From: Desulfurococcales archaeon
Lineage (GTDB): Archaea; Thermoproteota; Thermoprotei_A; Sulfolobales; Desulfurococcaceae
DNA: 64,000 bases
NCBI GenBank assembly: GCA_027022365.1
Contig: JALVYU010000011.1
Span: 32,001-96,000, forward strand
Direction of reading: 5' to 3'
Under the pieces are notes generated by a model. The model was not told the origin of the DNA and did no database searches. It was given only the letters and a program-made list of their open reading frames with translations. This document shows positions 1 to 10,138 of this stretch, piece by piece. The stretch's first letter is position 1. The number at the start of each line of letters is the position of its first letter. Made by a program: the position numbers and the translations under genes.

Positions 1-233
1 ACATCCAGGTTCTTGAGCTTCTTGCCAGCAAGCATCCACTCTGCGATAATACCTACCTGTGGGCCGTTACCATGTGTGATTGCGACCTTGTAGCCCTCCT
101 CGAGTATCTTTACGAGAAACTCGGCACTCTTGTAGGCGTTCTTCCAGTAGTTCTCGGGGGTGCCGCGTTCTCCCTTGGTCTGGAACGCGTTGCCACCAAA
201 TGCGACGACTATGTACTTCTCCTTACGATCCAT
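1..233 (-). CDS. arcC: Carbamate kinase (5' part; runs off the window start)
   Basis: Not in the ORF track. Manual translation from ATG at 233 gives MDRKEKYIVVAFGGNAFQ...KVAITHGNGPQVG, with both carbamate kinase motifs. GGTG SD upstream. Confidence 0.93.
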   Translation of the reverse strand, partial: MDRKEKYIVVAFGGNAFQTKGERGTPENYWKNAYKSAEFLVKILEEGYKVAITHGNGPQVGIIAEWMLAGKKLKNLD

Positions 234-318
234 CTGGTACACCTTCTCGGCGTTTTTGCTAGTATATCTTTTCTTTTCAAGATAATATGGTTAAAAAATC
301 CTAATGTGGCAGTATAGC

Positions 319-1098
319 CTAGATCATAAATCCCGGTAATCCGTCCGGTCTAAATGCTTTCCTAGGCTTTAATCCGTATCTCTTCATAAGATCTACGACG
401 TGCGGGTAAAGGATAACGTATTCAGGATCTATTGACTCTGGAAGGCTAGGATCTATCGATTTAAGTTTCTCGACAAACCATTTAATGTTCTCAGGCTCTG
501 AGAAGCTAAGCATTATTGCCGGGTATACCCTCTCGCCGGGCTCGAGACCCGCGTCGACTAGATTTTCGAGGGCTTTGAACTGATAATCGTAAAATTTCTT
601 CGAAGCACCTGTCAGCCTCTCGAACTCATCGGGTGAAGCGCCTTTAAACGATACTCTTACGATAACCGATTTGTGGATCGCCAGTTTTTCCGCGAACTTC
701 TTGTCACGGCCTATGAGGAGACCGTTTGTCTCTAGAACAAATAGGTAATCAGTCTCATCGACTATATCAAGTAGTTGTAATAGATGATTTTGTGAAAGCG
801 TTGGCTCACCACCGCTTAGACGTAGATACTTGTACCCTCTTCTCGATGCAATATTAGTCAATCTATGGAAAACCTGATATGCATTATAGAATCTGCCATC
901 CTTGTATCCATGGCTGTACCTCCATGACCAGCAGAACTTGCACCTAAGATTACATCCTACAACATCGCCTGTTGCTATACCTCCATACCACTTGCCCCCA
1001 CGAAACCTATAGTACATCCTATACTCCATGCCGTTCCTTACCCGCACAATTTTTCCTCTAACTTTCTCAGCAAGCATGAATGGATCGAATCCTGTCAT
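319..1098 (-). CDS. Radical SAM protein, conserved archaeal, function unknown
   Basis: CNLRCKFC CxxxCxxC motif, SGGEP and ETNG motifs. Confidence 0.9.
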   Translation of the reverse strand: MTGFDPFMLAEKVRGKIVRVRNGMEYRMYYRFRGGKWYGGIATGDVVGCNLRCKFCWSWRYSHGYKDGRFYNAYQVFHRLTNIASRRGYKYLRLSGGEPTLSQNHLLQLLDIVDETDYLFVLETNGLLIGRDKKFAEKLAIHKSVIVRVSFKGASPDEFERLTGASKKFYDYQFKALENLVDAGLEPGERVYPAIMLSFSEPENIKWFVEKLKSIDPSLPESIDPEYVILYPHVVDLMKRYGLKPRKAFRPDGLPGFMI

Positions 1099-2042
1099 AA
1101 CTCATTCCTCAGACAAGAACCAGGTTGTTCTAGAATGTGTGAGAATCGTATCAATATTGTCTCTACTGCACTGCTTCTACTCCTGCTTCTTGTCCTGAAC
1201 AGACAATATATGAGCGATTGTATAATACCTGTCAGGCTTCCAAGTTTCCTCTTTGCCGAGGCATAGATACAGCTAGTGCTGTATAGACAAGACCTGCAAT
1301 CCAATCCTGACCTTAAACATTTCTTCTTGTTCGGCACTCTACCGCTAACGCCTATAGTACTAAGGAATTCCATAAAATACCTGTCTACAGGAGCATAACT
1401 GGTTAATCCATATGTATGTAATAGGTATGCATGGACAGTCTTGACCCCGATTCCATCTAGCGAGAGTAGTTCGACGGCTTCTTCTATAGGATCATTTGCT
1501 TTGTCGAGGATCTTATCAAGATGAGCTATAAGTCTATTAAGTAGTTTCACCTGATACGATCCGGAGTCGACACTCCTGTGTTTAATGAATTCTTTCATCC
1601 ATCTCAGTGTATTAATATAGTAATCTGTATTCATACTAAGAACTATTGATGCGATTATGAATTTTTTATCGCCTGGCGACGAAGGAATACTTATTCTCCC
1701 AATACAATCTGGTGTAATATACCCGGATACTTTGTTCATAATACGAGGGTTAAGCCAAGCTCTTTCATAGGATTTCACGCCTAATAATGAAAATATATCC
1801 TCTAAATCACATTCCTTCGGCATTCTGCACATTAGTTCAAGTTTTTCTTTGATGTAATTACACATGAGGCCTTTACAAACACCAGTTGTTTTTGTAAATA
1901 CAAGTCTTCCGTCCTTATAATCCAGTTTGAAAAGCGGGAGCAAATATGAGTGGTAAAAGCTTAAGGCATAATCAATGCCTCTAACAATAATTTTATCGTC
2001 CTCAACTAAAACGGTCATGGCATAATATTTATTTCCTAGCAC
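1095..2042 (-). CDS. HhH-GPD superfamily DNA glycosylase-like protein with C-terminal [4Fe-4S] loop
   Basis: LDGIGVKT HhH motif, APVD catalytic Asp, C-X6-C-X2-C-X5-C (CLRSGLDCRSCLYSTSC). Confidence 0.7.
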   Translation of the reverse strand: MLGNKYYAMTVLVEDDKIIVRGIDYALSFYHSYLLPLFKLDYKDGRLVFTKTTGVCKGLMCNYIKEKLELMCRMPKECDLEDIFSLLGVKSYERAWLNPRIMNKVSGYITPDCIGRISIPSSPGDKKFIIASIVLSMNTDYYINTLRWMKEFIKHRSVDSGSYQVKLLNRLIAHLDKILDKANDPIEEAVELLSLDGIGVKTVHAYLLHTYGLTSYAPVDRYFMEFLSTIGVSGRVPNKKKCLRSGLDCRSCLYSTSCIYASAKRKLGSLTGIIQSLIYCLFRTRSRSRSSAVETILIRFSHILEQPGSCLRNEL

Positions 2043-2115
2043 ATGTTCTCCCCAATGATAAAGAAGAGAAGAAAGTAAAGAAAAAAGAGTGTTGGAGTAT
2101 TGGTGGATAAAAGTT

Positions 2116-3186
2116 TTAGGCTTTGCTCCCCATCACCATGGCCATTACGGCCTTCTGGACGTGTAGACGGTTCTCGGCTTCCTCGAAGTAGAGGCTCTTC
2201 TCGTAACTGTCTAGTACTTCGTCTGTTACCTCCTGTCCACGATCTGCTGGTCCACAATGCATGTAGTACGGCTTGCCGGCCTTCTCTAGTCTCTCCATGG
2301 TCACTATCCAGTCCTTGAACTTGGCCTGATACTGCTTTGCGCCCTCCTTGTCTACAGTGCTGTTGAACGGTGGGAAGAAGCCCTTCGGGCTCCATGCCTT
2401 CGGGTATACGAAGGTGGCGCCCTCGAATGCCTCGTCCATATCGTGCGTTATCTTGAACTCTGCGCCCCAGTGCTCGGTGTACTTCTTCACCTTCTCGATC
2501 ACGTCGTCGAGTAGCTCGAAGCCTGGTGGGTGTGCAATGTATACGTCAGCACCTAGCATCGCGGCGATGAGCGCTACGCTCTGGGGTACTGCTAGAGGCT
2601 TTAGTCCTCCGCTATAGGCATAGCTGACAACGAACTTCTTTCCTCTCAGGTCCTTAGGCCAGCCCAGGGCCTCGAGAGCTGCCTGAGCGTCTGCTAGGGC
2701 CTGGAATGGATGGTAGATGTCGTCCTCCATGTTTAGGACTGGCACGCTTGCCCACTTGGCGAACTCCTGTATGATCCTGTGTCCACGGCCGATGATCCAC
2801 TTGGCCGGGTCACCATAGATTCTGATGGCGATTCCATCACCATATCTGCTTAGGACACGGGAGACATCACGGATAGCCTCGGTCTGATAAGGCACCATGT
2901 CTTCGGGTAGTGTGGGCGTGTATACGTCGTGTGGCGATATGAAGATACCCATACCGCCTAGCTGGTAGATTCCTGTTTGGAAGCTGTTCCTTGTTCTAAG
3001 GCTCTTATTGTAGAATATCAGGTATAGAACCTTGCCCGGCAGGTATTTTGTCTCGACTTTTTGATGGAACTTCTCCTTCAAGTCCTTGGCTGCTTCTAGT
3101 ACTTTGAGTATCGTATCGATATCATAGTCTGCATTGGAGAGCCAGTGCTTGCCTTCAAGATAACCTACATACCATGGTTTGCTCAT
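2116..3186 (-). CDS. Transcarbamylase, YgeW/N-acetylornithine carbamoyltransferase-like
   Basis: SLRTRNSF carbamoyl-phosphate motif, HPFQALAD, KPLAVPQS loop, HCGPAD, AENRLH. Confidence 0.85.
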   Translation of the reverse strand: MSKPWYVGYLEGKHWLSNADYDIDTILKVLEAAKDLKEKFHQKVETKYLPGKVLYLIFYNKSLRTRNSFQTGIYQLGGMGIFISPHDVYTPTLPEDMVPYQTEAIRDVSRVLSRYGDGIAIRIYGDPAKWIIGRGHRIIQEFAKWASVPVLNMEDDIYHPFQALADAQAALEALGWPKDLRGKKFVVSYAYSGGLKPLAVPQSVALIAAMLGADVYIAHPPGFELLDDVIEKVKKYTEHWGAEFKITHDMDEAFEGATFVYPKAWSPKGFFPPFNSTVDKEGAKQYQAKFKDWIVTMERLEKAGKPYYMHCGPADRGQEVTDEVLDSYEKSLYFEEAENRLHVQKAVMAMVMGSKA

Positions 3187-3341
3187 TTTGACTTCCCCAA
3201 CCAGATTTACTGTTCTTGTCTATTGTCTAGTCTTTGCTTAGATATAAATTGTATTTCTCTCCGTACTAGTCTTTGATAATAGGTGTTATTGAAGAATCTA
3301 TATAGCGTATAGAGATAATTTAGGCCCAAGTACCGGAGCCA

Positions 3342-4841
3342 GTGATCGCTATGAGGATTTCACGTCCCGCTAGAAGTATTGTAGGATTATGCCTACATAG
3401 CCCTGGAAACCCGTGCGAGAGAATTGGTCATCCAGAGCACTTGCTCATTCAATTATTCATCGATTACTTGAAGAAAAAAAGAATACCTAAGCAAATAGTC
3501 CTAGCATATTATCCTATAGCCTTTCTAGAAGTATTTGACGAGAAAGGAATATTGGTCGACGCATATACGCTTAAGAAGACAAAGATGCCTCTATGGTCTC
3601 CACCAATAACACTTCTGCTCAAATCTGTCGAGGAGATAGATACCTCATCCACGCATGATTTTATGAGAGGATTGAAGATAGTTAAGAGGCTTGCGACGGA
3701 GATCTATGCAGGAAAATACAGTGATATTGAGTACCAAGAAGTACCCGGCCTCATAACGGGAGGCATTAAAAATACCTTGGAGAATTTGTTCCCCATTGCC
3801 ACGACGACCGGCCTTACAGGCCTAATGCTCGAACATGACGAAGGATATAGGAGCACAAAATACGTTTATATAAGAACTATCACTTCGCTCGAAAACCTAA
3901 TGTCTTTGACTCAGCAGGCTCACTCACTACTATTCAGGAAGTATAAGGAATGGATAACAAATATAACGAGACATTATAACGAACGTTTCGGCGAATTAGA
4001 ACTAAGTCTTGAAGAGACGAGAAAGATTGTTGACTCGAATATCCAGAATTTTAGTATGAAGATGAATAATGAGATGAAACATATCGAAGAAAACTATCAT
4101 TACAAGATAGAAAAATTATTGTTCAGAAGCACTCAGATCCAACGTGAACTAACTGAGATCAAAAAGAAGATCTCTGACCCAACATATGTCGATAAAGAAG
4201 AACTCCTGAGAGAAGAACTGAAAAGGCTGGAGAGAGAAAGAAAGCTCATCCTCAATGAGATAGAGGAGCTAAGACGAGAGGCCGAATCAGAGATCGATCT
4301 TGTTAAGAGGAAGTACTACAAACTCATAACAAAGGAGAGGAACAAGTTACAAGTTCTTGTAAAAGAAAAAAGAAACATAGAGCGTGAGATGAAGGGCAAA
4401 GTCAACCGTATATACATGATGTTCAAGGATGTTGAGAAATGTATAGATTACATATCGTCCAAACTTGCTGGCTTCCGTCGGATCTACGAGGACGCAATGA
4501 TTCATAGCCCTGCTTTAGGCGAATCACTCTATTATCTAAATATTATCATCGCTTCCAACGAAAAGAATACTTGGATTGTCCCCTCCTATGATGTTGTCAT
4601 TGCTAACGGTAGTATCGGTATTTACAGGATCAAGGAGGTTGATAAAATTATCGAAACTGTTAAAAAGGATCTTACGAAAATAGTTCGTGCCGAGAAAGAT
4701 AGGGTACTCATTTATAGGATGAATGACCTTATCGAGCAGAAGAAGGCTAAACAAATTCTTCATCATTTGTTGAAAAAATATGGTCTTAACAAGGATGTCG
4801 AGACAAAAATAGATAGGTTCATAGGGAGGCTCTATGAGTAG
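3342..4841 (+). CDS. Hypothetical protein with long central coiled coil
   Basis: 499-aa ORF with E/K/R/L-rich heptads at about aa 210-370. Confidence 0.75.
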   Translation: MIAMRISRPARSIVGLCLHSPGNPCERIGHPEHLLIQLFIDYLKKKRIPKQIVLAYYPIAFLEVFDEKGILVDAYTLKKTKMPLWSPPITLLLKSVEEIDTSSTHDFMRGLKIVKRLATEIYAGKYSDIEYQEVPGLITGGIKNTLENLFPIATTTGLTGLMLEHDEGYRSTKYVYIRTITSLENLMSLTQQAHSLLFRKYKEWITNITRHYNERFGELELSLEETRKIVDSNIQNFSMKMNNEMKHIEENYHYKIEKLLFRSTQIQRELTEIKKKISDPTYVDKEELLREELKRLERERKLILNEIEELRREAESEIDLVKRKYYKLITKERNKLQVLVKEKRNIEREMKGKVNRIYMMFKDVEKCIDYISSKLAGFRRIYEDAMIHSPALGESLYYLNIIIASNEKNTWIVPSYDVVIANGSIGIYRIKEVDKIIETVKKDLTKIVRAEKDRVLIYRMNDLIEQKKAKQILHHLLKKYGLNKDVETKIDRFIGRLYE

Positions 4842-6027
4842 TGAAGAGGAATGTTTCAACCGTAGAAATGTCTATGCTCTTAGCGCTACAAGCTTATTAA
4901 CCGATATCAGTAGCGAGTCCGTCTATGCAGTTCTTCCTTTCTATATCTTATCGCTTGGATACGGTAGGGATATAATAGGTTTTGTAGAAGGTCTTGGAGG
5001 ATTTCTTGATAGCTTAATGCGGCTTATAAGTGGAAAACTAGCTGATCGTGTTGGGAAGTATAAGTTGCTCGCGACAACAGGTTATTTAATATCATCGGTT
5101 TCTAAGCCTTTCTTCGCTTTTACGAGTTCCTGGCCGATCATAGCACTCATCAGAGCTATTGATCGCATCGGGAAAGGGATCAGGACATCCCCACGCGACG
5201 CACTATTATCTTTTAGCACGTCTCCAAAATACAGAGGTAAAGCCTTTGGACTACATCGGAGCCTAGATACACTGGGTGCCATAATAGGTCCTCTGTTTGC
5301 ATTCTTTATACTGCCGTTCCTAGGATTCGGTGGAGTCTTCATATTAAGCCTCGCCCCTGGGCTATTAGCGGTTCTCCTCATAGCAGCGATTGTCTCAGAG
5401 AAGGAACTATGTCTACGGAGTGAAGAGAGGAAGAAGTCGAGGACGGTGATTGCTGGCAAACTCCCAAGAGAATATTGGTTCTTCCTCTTGTCCGTGGGGA
5501 TGTCTGGATTGTCGGGTTTTGGCCAAGCATTTCTTCTGATCAGATCAGTTGAGCTCGGCTGGAGCAAGGAATACAGTTTATTCTTCCTGATGATCTCTAA
5601 TACTGTGTATGCCTTAACTGCTTATCCGGTAGGGCTTATCAGTGATAAGATGGGGGCTAGAAGAAAGTATCTTTATCCAATAGTTTTCATCCTTACATTC
5701 GTGACGGGAGTATTCCTAGCGATAATACAGTCTCCCTCCATGGCAATAATATCATTCATCATGCTCGGACTATACATGGCATTCAACGACACACTTAGAC
5801 GTATAATCACTGGCCTTCTTCTACCAGTTAGGACACGTGGAACTGGTTATGGATACATGCATGGAATACATGGTTTAGCATATCTGGTCGGGAATACTAT
5901 TCTCGGAAAACTGTATCAGATGTATGGAGCCACCATAGCGTTCACTTACATGTCATTAACGGCACTGATCGGCTTTGTCACGGCGACATTGTTCTTAGTG
6001 GGGTTCTGGCGCTCAATTCTTAACTAG
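4834..6027 (+). CDS. MFS transporter
   Basis: About 12 TM segments, GKLADRVG motif A, DRIGKGIRTSPRDALL signature. Confidence 0.92.
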   Translation: MSSEEECFNRRNVYALSATSLLTDISSESVYAVLPFYILSLGYGRDIIGFVEGLGGFLDSLMRLISGKLADRVGKYKLLATTGYLISSVSKPFFAFTSSWPIIALIRAIDRIGKGIRTSPRDALLSFSTSPKYRGKAFGLHRSLDTLGAIIGPLFAFFILPFLGFGGVFILSLAPGLLAVLLIAAIVSEKELCLRSEERKKSRTVIAGKLPREYWFFLLSVGMSGLSGFGQAFLLIRSVELGWSKEYSLFFLMISNTVYALTAYPVGLISDKMGARRKYLYPIVFILTFVTGVFLAIIQSPSMAIISFIMLGLYMAFNDTLRRIITGLLLPVRTRGTGYGYMHGIHGLAYLVGNTILGKLYQMYGATIAFTYMSLTALIGFVTATLFLVGFWRSILN

Positions 6028-6052
6028 ACAGGAGCCATTATTAATTGAATAG

Positions 6053-7006
6053 GTGGTGCGAATGGTCACGAGCATGAAAGGCAAGCACTTCTTGACGTTA
6101 GCCGATTTCACACGTGAAGAACTAGAATTCATGCTAGACACTGCGAAAATGCTTAAAGAAAGATACTTGGCCGGAGAAAGGATCATACCGATACTAAGGG
6201 GGAGGCACCTAGCCCTCCTCTTTGAAAAACCTAGCACCCGTACAAGAATAAGCTTCGAAACAGCGATGCTTGAACTAGGTGGTGACGCCTTATATCTGAA
6301 CTGGAGAGACCTACAGTTAGGGAGAGGAGAAACGATCGAGGACACTGCGAGAGTCTTGTCGCGATACGTAGACGGCATAATGGCTCGCGTATACGAGCAC
6401 GAAAAACTCGTCAAACTAGCACAGTATAGCCGTGTCCCTGTGATCAACGGTCTTAGCGATCTGCTCCACCCGGCACAGGCATTGACTGATATCTACACTA
6501 TAATGGAGAAGAAAGGCACAGATCTCAGGAAGCTCAAAATAGTGTTCGTTGGTGATGGGAGAGACAACGTGTTACATAGCCTCATGCTGGGAATAGGTAT
6601 CCTGGGCGGGAAGATAATAATAGCTAGTCCCGAGGGATACGAACCCGATCCGAAAGTCGTGAAGATGTTCGAGGAAACAGCAGCACCTAACGGCGGTGAA
6701 TACGAGATCATAAGGGATCCCGTCGAAGCCGTCAAGGGAGCCGATGTCGTATATACTGATGTCTGGGTGAGCATGGGCCAAGAATCGATCAAGGAGAAGA
6801 AAATACGTGATCTGAGCCCATACCAGGTTAACAAGGAGCTCATGAGCTATGCAAAGCCGGATGCCATATTCATGCACTGTCTGCCAGCGCATAGAGGACA
6901 AGAAGTGACCGATGAAGTAATTGATGGCAAATGGAGCGTGGTATGGGATCAGGCAGAGAACAGGAAACATGTACAGAAAGCCATACTCGCGCTCCTAATA
7001 CCTTGA
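6053..7006 (+). CDS. argF: Ornithine carbamoyltransferase
   Basis: FEKPSTRTR, HPAQALTD, DVWVSMG, FMHCLPAHRG, QAENR. Confidence 0.95.
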   Translation: MVRMVTSMKGKHFLTLADFTREELEFMLDTAKMLKERYLAGERIIPILRGRHLALLFEKPSTRTRISFETAMLELGGDALYLNWRDLQLGRGETIEDTARVLSRYVDGIMARVYEHEKLVKLAQYSRVPVINGLSDLLHPAQALTDIYTIMEKKGTDLRKLKIVFVGDGRDNVLHSLMLGIGILGGKIIIASPEGYEPDPKVVKMFEETAAPNGGEYEIIRDPVEAVKGADVVYTDVWVSMGQESIKEKKIRDLSPYQVNKELMSYAKPDAIFMHCLPAHRGQEVTDEVIDGKWSVVWDQAENRKHVQKAILALLIP

Positions 7007-7153
7007 AACACCCGGTCCAAACACATTGATAGGACGCGATCAGGATAATACCATACAATATTTTTATATTCTATCAGACATACCCTTGAAACCCAGAGAT
7101 AAACCTAGCATTAACCACAGGTTTGTTTATTACTTTGCTTATGGGGGAAAAGA

Positions 7154-9541
7154 ATGTCGCAAGAATTCGAAAAACTCATTACCAAGATCTATGAAGCCCT
7201 GGATAAAAGGCCCGGTCTTTCAAAAATCCTGACCGCAGTGCTCCTCACGGTTTTCGCCGGAATAGGAATATATCTGCGCGCACTACCGGCGATCAAATGG
7301 GGTTTAGAGCTCCACGCCAACGACCCATGGATCGAGTACTGGCAGACAAACTACACCTATTATCATGGTCTGCTCAGCTGGTACACGCTGACCCCGTCCA
7401 ACCCCGCCACTCATCTATTCTGGTATCCATGGGGAAGGAATTTCCTACTATCTGCTTATCCGGGCATACCGATATGGACAGCGCTGACATACTATGTTGT
7501 GGGCGCCCTGGGGATCACGGTCAAGGCATGGGTTGCGCTACAACCACTAGTATTTGCCGGATTCACGTTCGTAACGTTGTTCTTCGCTGTGAGAGAGATC
7601 ATGGATGGGAGTAACGTAGCTGGGCTCATGGCAGCCCTTCTCTATGCTTTGGTTCCAGCGGCAAGTGATAGAACGATCGTGGGGTTCGTGGAGAAGGAAG
7701 GCGTTGCGATGGCTATGGTCTTCCTGTTCATATACTTCTACTCGAGACTGATGAAGACATATAAGCGTAAAGACGTCGATGTAAAGAAAAAGATGATTTA
7801 CCTCATACTAGCTGCTCTAAGTATGGCGTCGGTTGGCTGGTTCTGGGGTGGATTCCTCTACGTGTGGATGGGGCTGATAGTATTCATGATCCTATACCCC
7901 TTGTTCGCGCCGAAGGAGATAACACCGAGATTCCTTAAATACAATATAGCGCTCATATTATTGTCTCTCATTCTATCCTTTGCGGCGCCAACCGTGCCAG
8001 AAGCACTGGGTTTCTTCCCTAGATTCAATCCCAAGGGTATAGGCGTACTGGCTCTAGCATCCCTGGTTCTCCCCATCATATACTATGTGCTCGGTAATAG
8101 CAAATACTTCAAGAAGAAAATACTGACTCCAGCACGTTACTTCCTAATATTATTCTTCGGAGTAATAGCCGGCGTAGTATTAGCGGTTAAAGGCATAATA
8201 CCCGTCAGCGGCAGACTCGCATGGGCGCTGGGTCTGCGATTCGTACACGTGTCTCCGCTCGTAGAGAGTGTTGCAGAGCAACAGCCAGCACTAGTTGCGA
8301 AGGGATTGACCGGTCTCTTTACTGCTTGGGGTACCGGTATCTATGCCTTATTCTTCGTGTCACCACTGATCCTCGCAATAATCGGTGCTTTCTATCTCCT
8401 GTATAAGGGCCGCGCCGACAGAGTCTATCTGGCGCTGGCTTTCTTGATAGCGTTTTACGCATATATGAACGCGACATATTTTGAGGCCACAGCCGCTACC
8501 TATGGCCTAGCGGTTGCGGGCTGTTTCCTCGGCTGGCTCTTCCAGAAGTTCCTGCCGAGCAGGAAAGAAATAATGGAGCGTAAGAGGGGAAGAGTTAGCT
8601 TCAGACATAAGTCCTCGGCAAGGATCATAGCATTCGTATTCGTCGTCCTAGCACTAATAAACTTGGCAGCAGCTGGCGCGGTCACATACAATAGCCATAT
8701 TAGGATGGTACCATCAATTATGGCGGGTGGTGCTCCAGTTAATGCTCGTACCAATGCATGGTATGATACCCTGAAATTCCTAGAGAAAAACACGGCAAGA
8801 GATGCACTCATAGTGGCGTGGTGGGACTACGGATACTGGATAAGTGTTGGAGCGCATAGAGCAACCCTTGCAGACGGCGCGACACTGAATGGTACACAGA
8901 TATCCCTACTAGCAAAAATATTGACGGCATATAATGAGACCGAAGCTGTCAAGATATTAAAAGAGCTCAAAGCACCTGAGAACCAGACCTATATACTTGT
9001 CTTCGATGTCTTCCGCTTCATACCGGGCAAGAACAACACTATTACAGTGGTGCCAATTGTTGGCGGGGGAACATTTGTGGGCCTTGTTGATCTACCGAAG
9101 AGCTACTGGATGGTGAGGATAGCGCGTGAGGATGTATCTAAGTACTTCTACCTCTACATTGTGCAGAGCCAGCGCCTAGCGTTTCTATCGCCCAGATTCG
9201 ATGAGCCAAACAAGCTACCACTTATCTATAAGATAATGGTGGACGGTATACTTTATCTCAACTACGAGGACAAGAACCATACTTACTATTTCGTATGGTA
9301 TACAGGTAATGTCCAGCCAGTATCGCCAGAGTACCAGTTGTTCGCCGAAAGGGTCGGGATAAAGTACCAGGTAACAGTTACTTCGACAAGGACGCTATCA
9401 TTCATTGACAGGCCGCAGTTCAAGTATTTCGAGCCATATAAGGTTATTGCAGAGCCTTATCAAGGTCTCCCAGGATATTATGAGGTAATATTCATATACA
9501 AGGCGGTCTTCTCGGGAGTAAACCGGTCAACAACTGGTTAA
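7154..9541 (+). CDS. aglB: Oligosaccharyltransferase AglB (STT3 family)
   Basis: Multi-TM N-terminus, SVAEQ, WWDYGYW motif, DxxK motif (DLPK). Confidence 0.95.
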   Translation: MSQEFEKLITKIYEALDKRPGLSKILTAVLLTVFAGIGIYLRALPAIKWGLELHANDPWIEYWQTNYTYYHGLLSWYTLTPSNPATHLFWYPWGRNFLLSAYPGIPIWTALTYYVVGALGITVKAWVALQPLVFAGFTFVTLFFAVREIMDGSNVAGLMAALLYALVPAASDRTIVGFVEKEGVAMAMVFLFIYFYSRLMKTYKRKDVDVKKKMIYLILAALSMASVGWFWGGFLYVWMGLIVFMILYPLFAPKEITPRFLKYNIALILLSLILSFAAPTVPEALGFFPRFNPKGIGVLALASLVLPIIYYVLGNSKYFKKKILTPARYFLILFFGVIAGVVLAVKGIIPVSGRLAWALGLRFVHVSPLVESVAEQQPALVAKGLTGLFTAWGTGIYALFFVSPLILAIIGAFYLLYKGRADRVYLALAFLIAFYAYMNATYFEATAATYGLAVAGCFLGWLFQKFLPSRKEIMERKRGRVSFRHKSSARIIAFVFVVLALINLAAAGAVTYNSHIRMVPSIMAGGAPVNARTNAWYDTLKFLEKNTARDALIVAWWDYGYWISVGAHRATLADGATLNGTQISLLAKILTAYNETEAVKILKELKAPENQTYILVFDVFRFIPGKNNTITVVPIVGGGTFVGLVDLPKSYWMVRIAREDVSKYFYLYIVQSQRLAFLSPRFDEPNKLPLIYKIMVDGILYLNYEDKNHTYYFVWYTGNVQPVSPEYQLFAERVGIKYQVTVTSTRTLSFIDRPQFKYFEPYKVIAEPYQGLPGYYEVIFIYKAVFSGVNRSTTG

Positions 9542-9595
9542 TAGCCCCTATATTTTTAACCATTCCATTGCCGATTTCATTACTGGTGTATTTAC

Positions 9596-10138
9596 ATGAT
9601 TTTCCGAAGAAGAAAAATAGATCCTTATAGAGAAGGCATTCAAGCCCTTTACTCCGTCAAATTAGGGATGAGCAAGATCGAGGCTTTACTCGATAGGATT
9701 AAGAATCGCCGTCACCGCATGATGGAGGTTGCGGCAGAGCTTCAGATGCGTGGAGAAACATTTCTAGCAAAGAAATATGCGGAAGAAATAGCTAAGCTTG
9801 ATAAGATATCTGCTCGTCTACAAATGATCCACCTTGTCCTAGAAAAAGTGGCTTTAAGCCTAGAGTACGCGATGACCGTTCATAATTTCCAAGGGATAGC
9901 AAAAGAGGTGCTCGAGATAACAAGGGATCTCAAGAAATTGCCTGAATCAACTATTCCGGATATGGGTCTTATGCTTTATAATCTCGAGGAATCATTGAAA
10001 GCTATAGCTAACTCAGGGGCTAATGTCCCGGATTATAGCTTGATAGATATGTCGCCATCAACGGACGAGAATACTGAGAAGATACTCAAGGAAGCCAGGG
10101 AGATATTGAAGTCAAGACTGACAGTTGATGCAGCCTAG
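9596..10138 (+). CDS. Snf7/ESCRT-III (CdvB-like) paralog
   Basis: All-helical 180 aa; AKKYAEEIAKL and C-terminal EKILKEA resemble CdvB family helices. Confidence 0.65.
   Translation: MIFRRRKIDPYREGIQALYSVKLGMSKIEALLDRIKNRRHRMMEVAAELQMRGETFLAKKYAEEIAKLDKISARLQMIHLVLEKVALSLEYAMTVHNFQGIAKEVLEITRDLKKLPESTIPDMGLMLYNLEESLKAIANSGANVPDYSLIDMSPSTDENTEKILKEAREILKSRLTVDAA

Noticed and set aside
72-317. Short plus-strand ORFs here, and the many 60-190 aa ORFs antisense to long genes throughout the window
   Set aside because: Shadow frames of well-supported genes on the opposite strand (here arcC).
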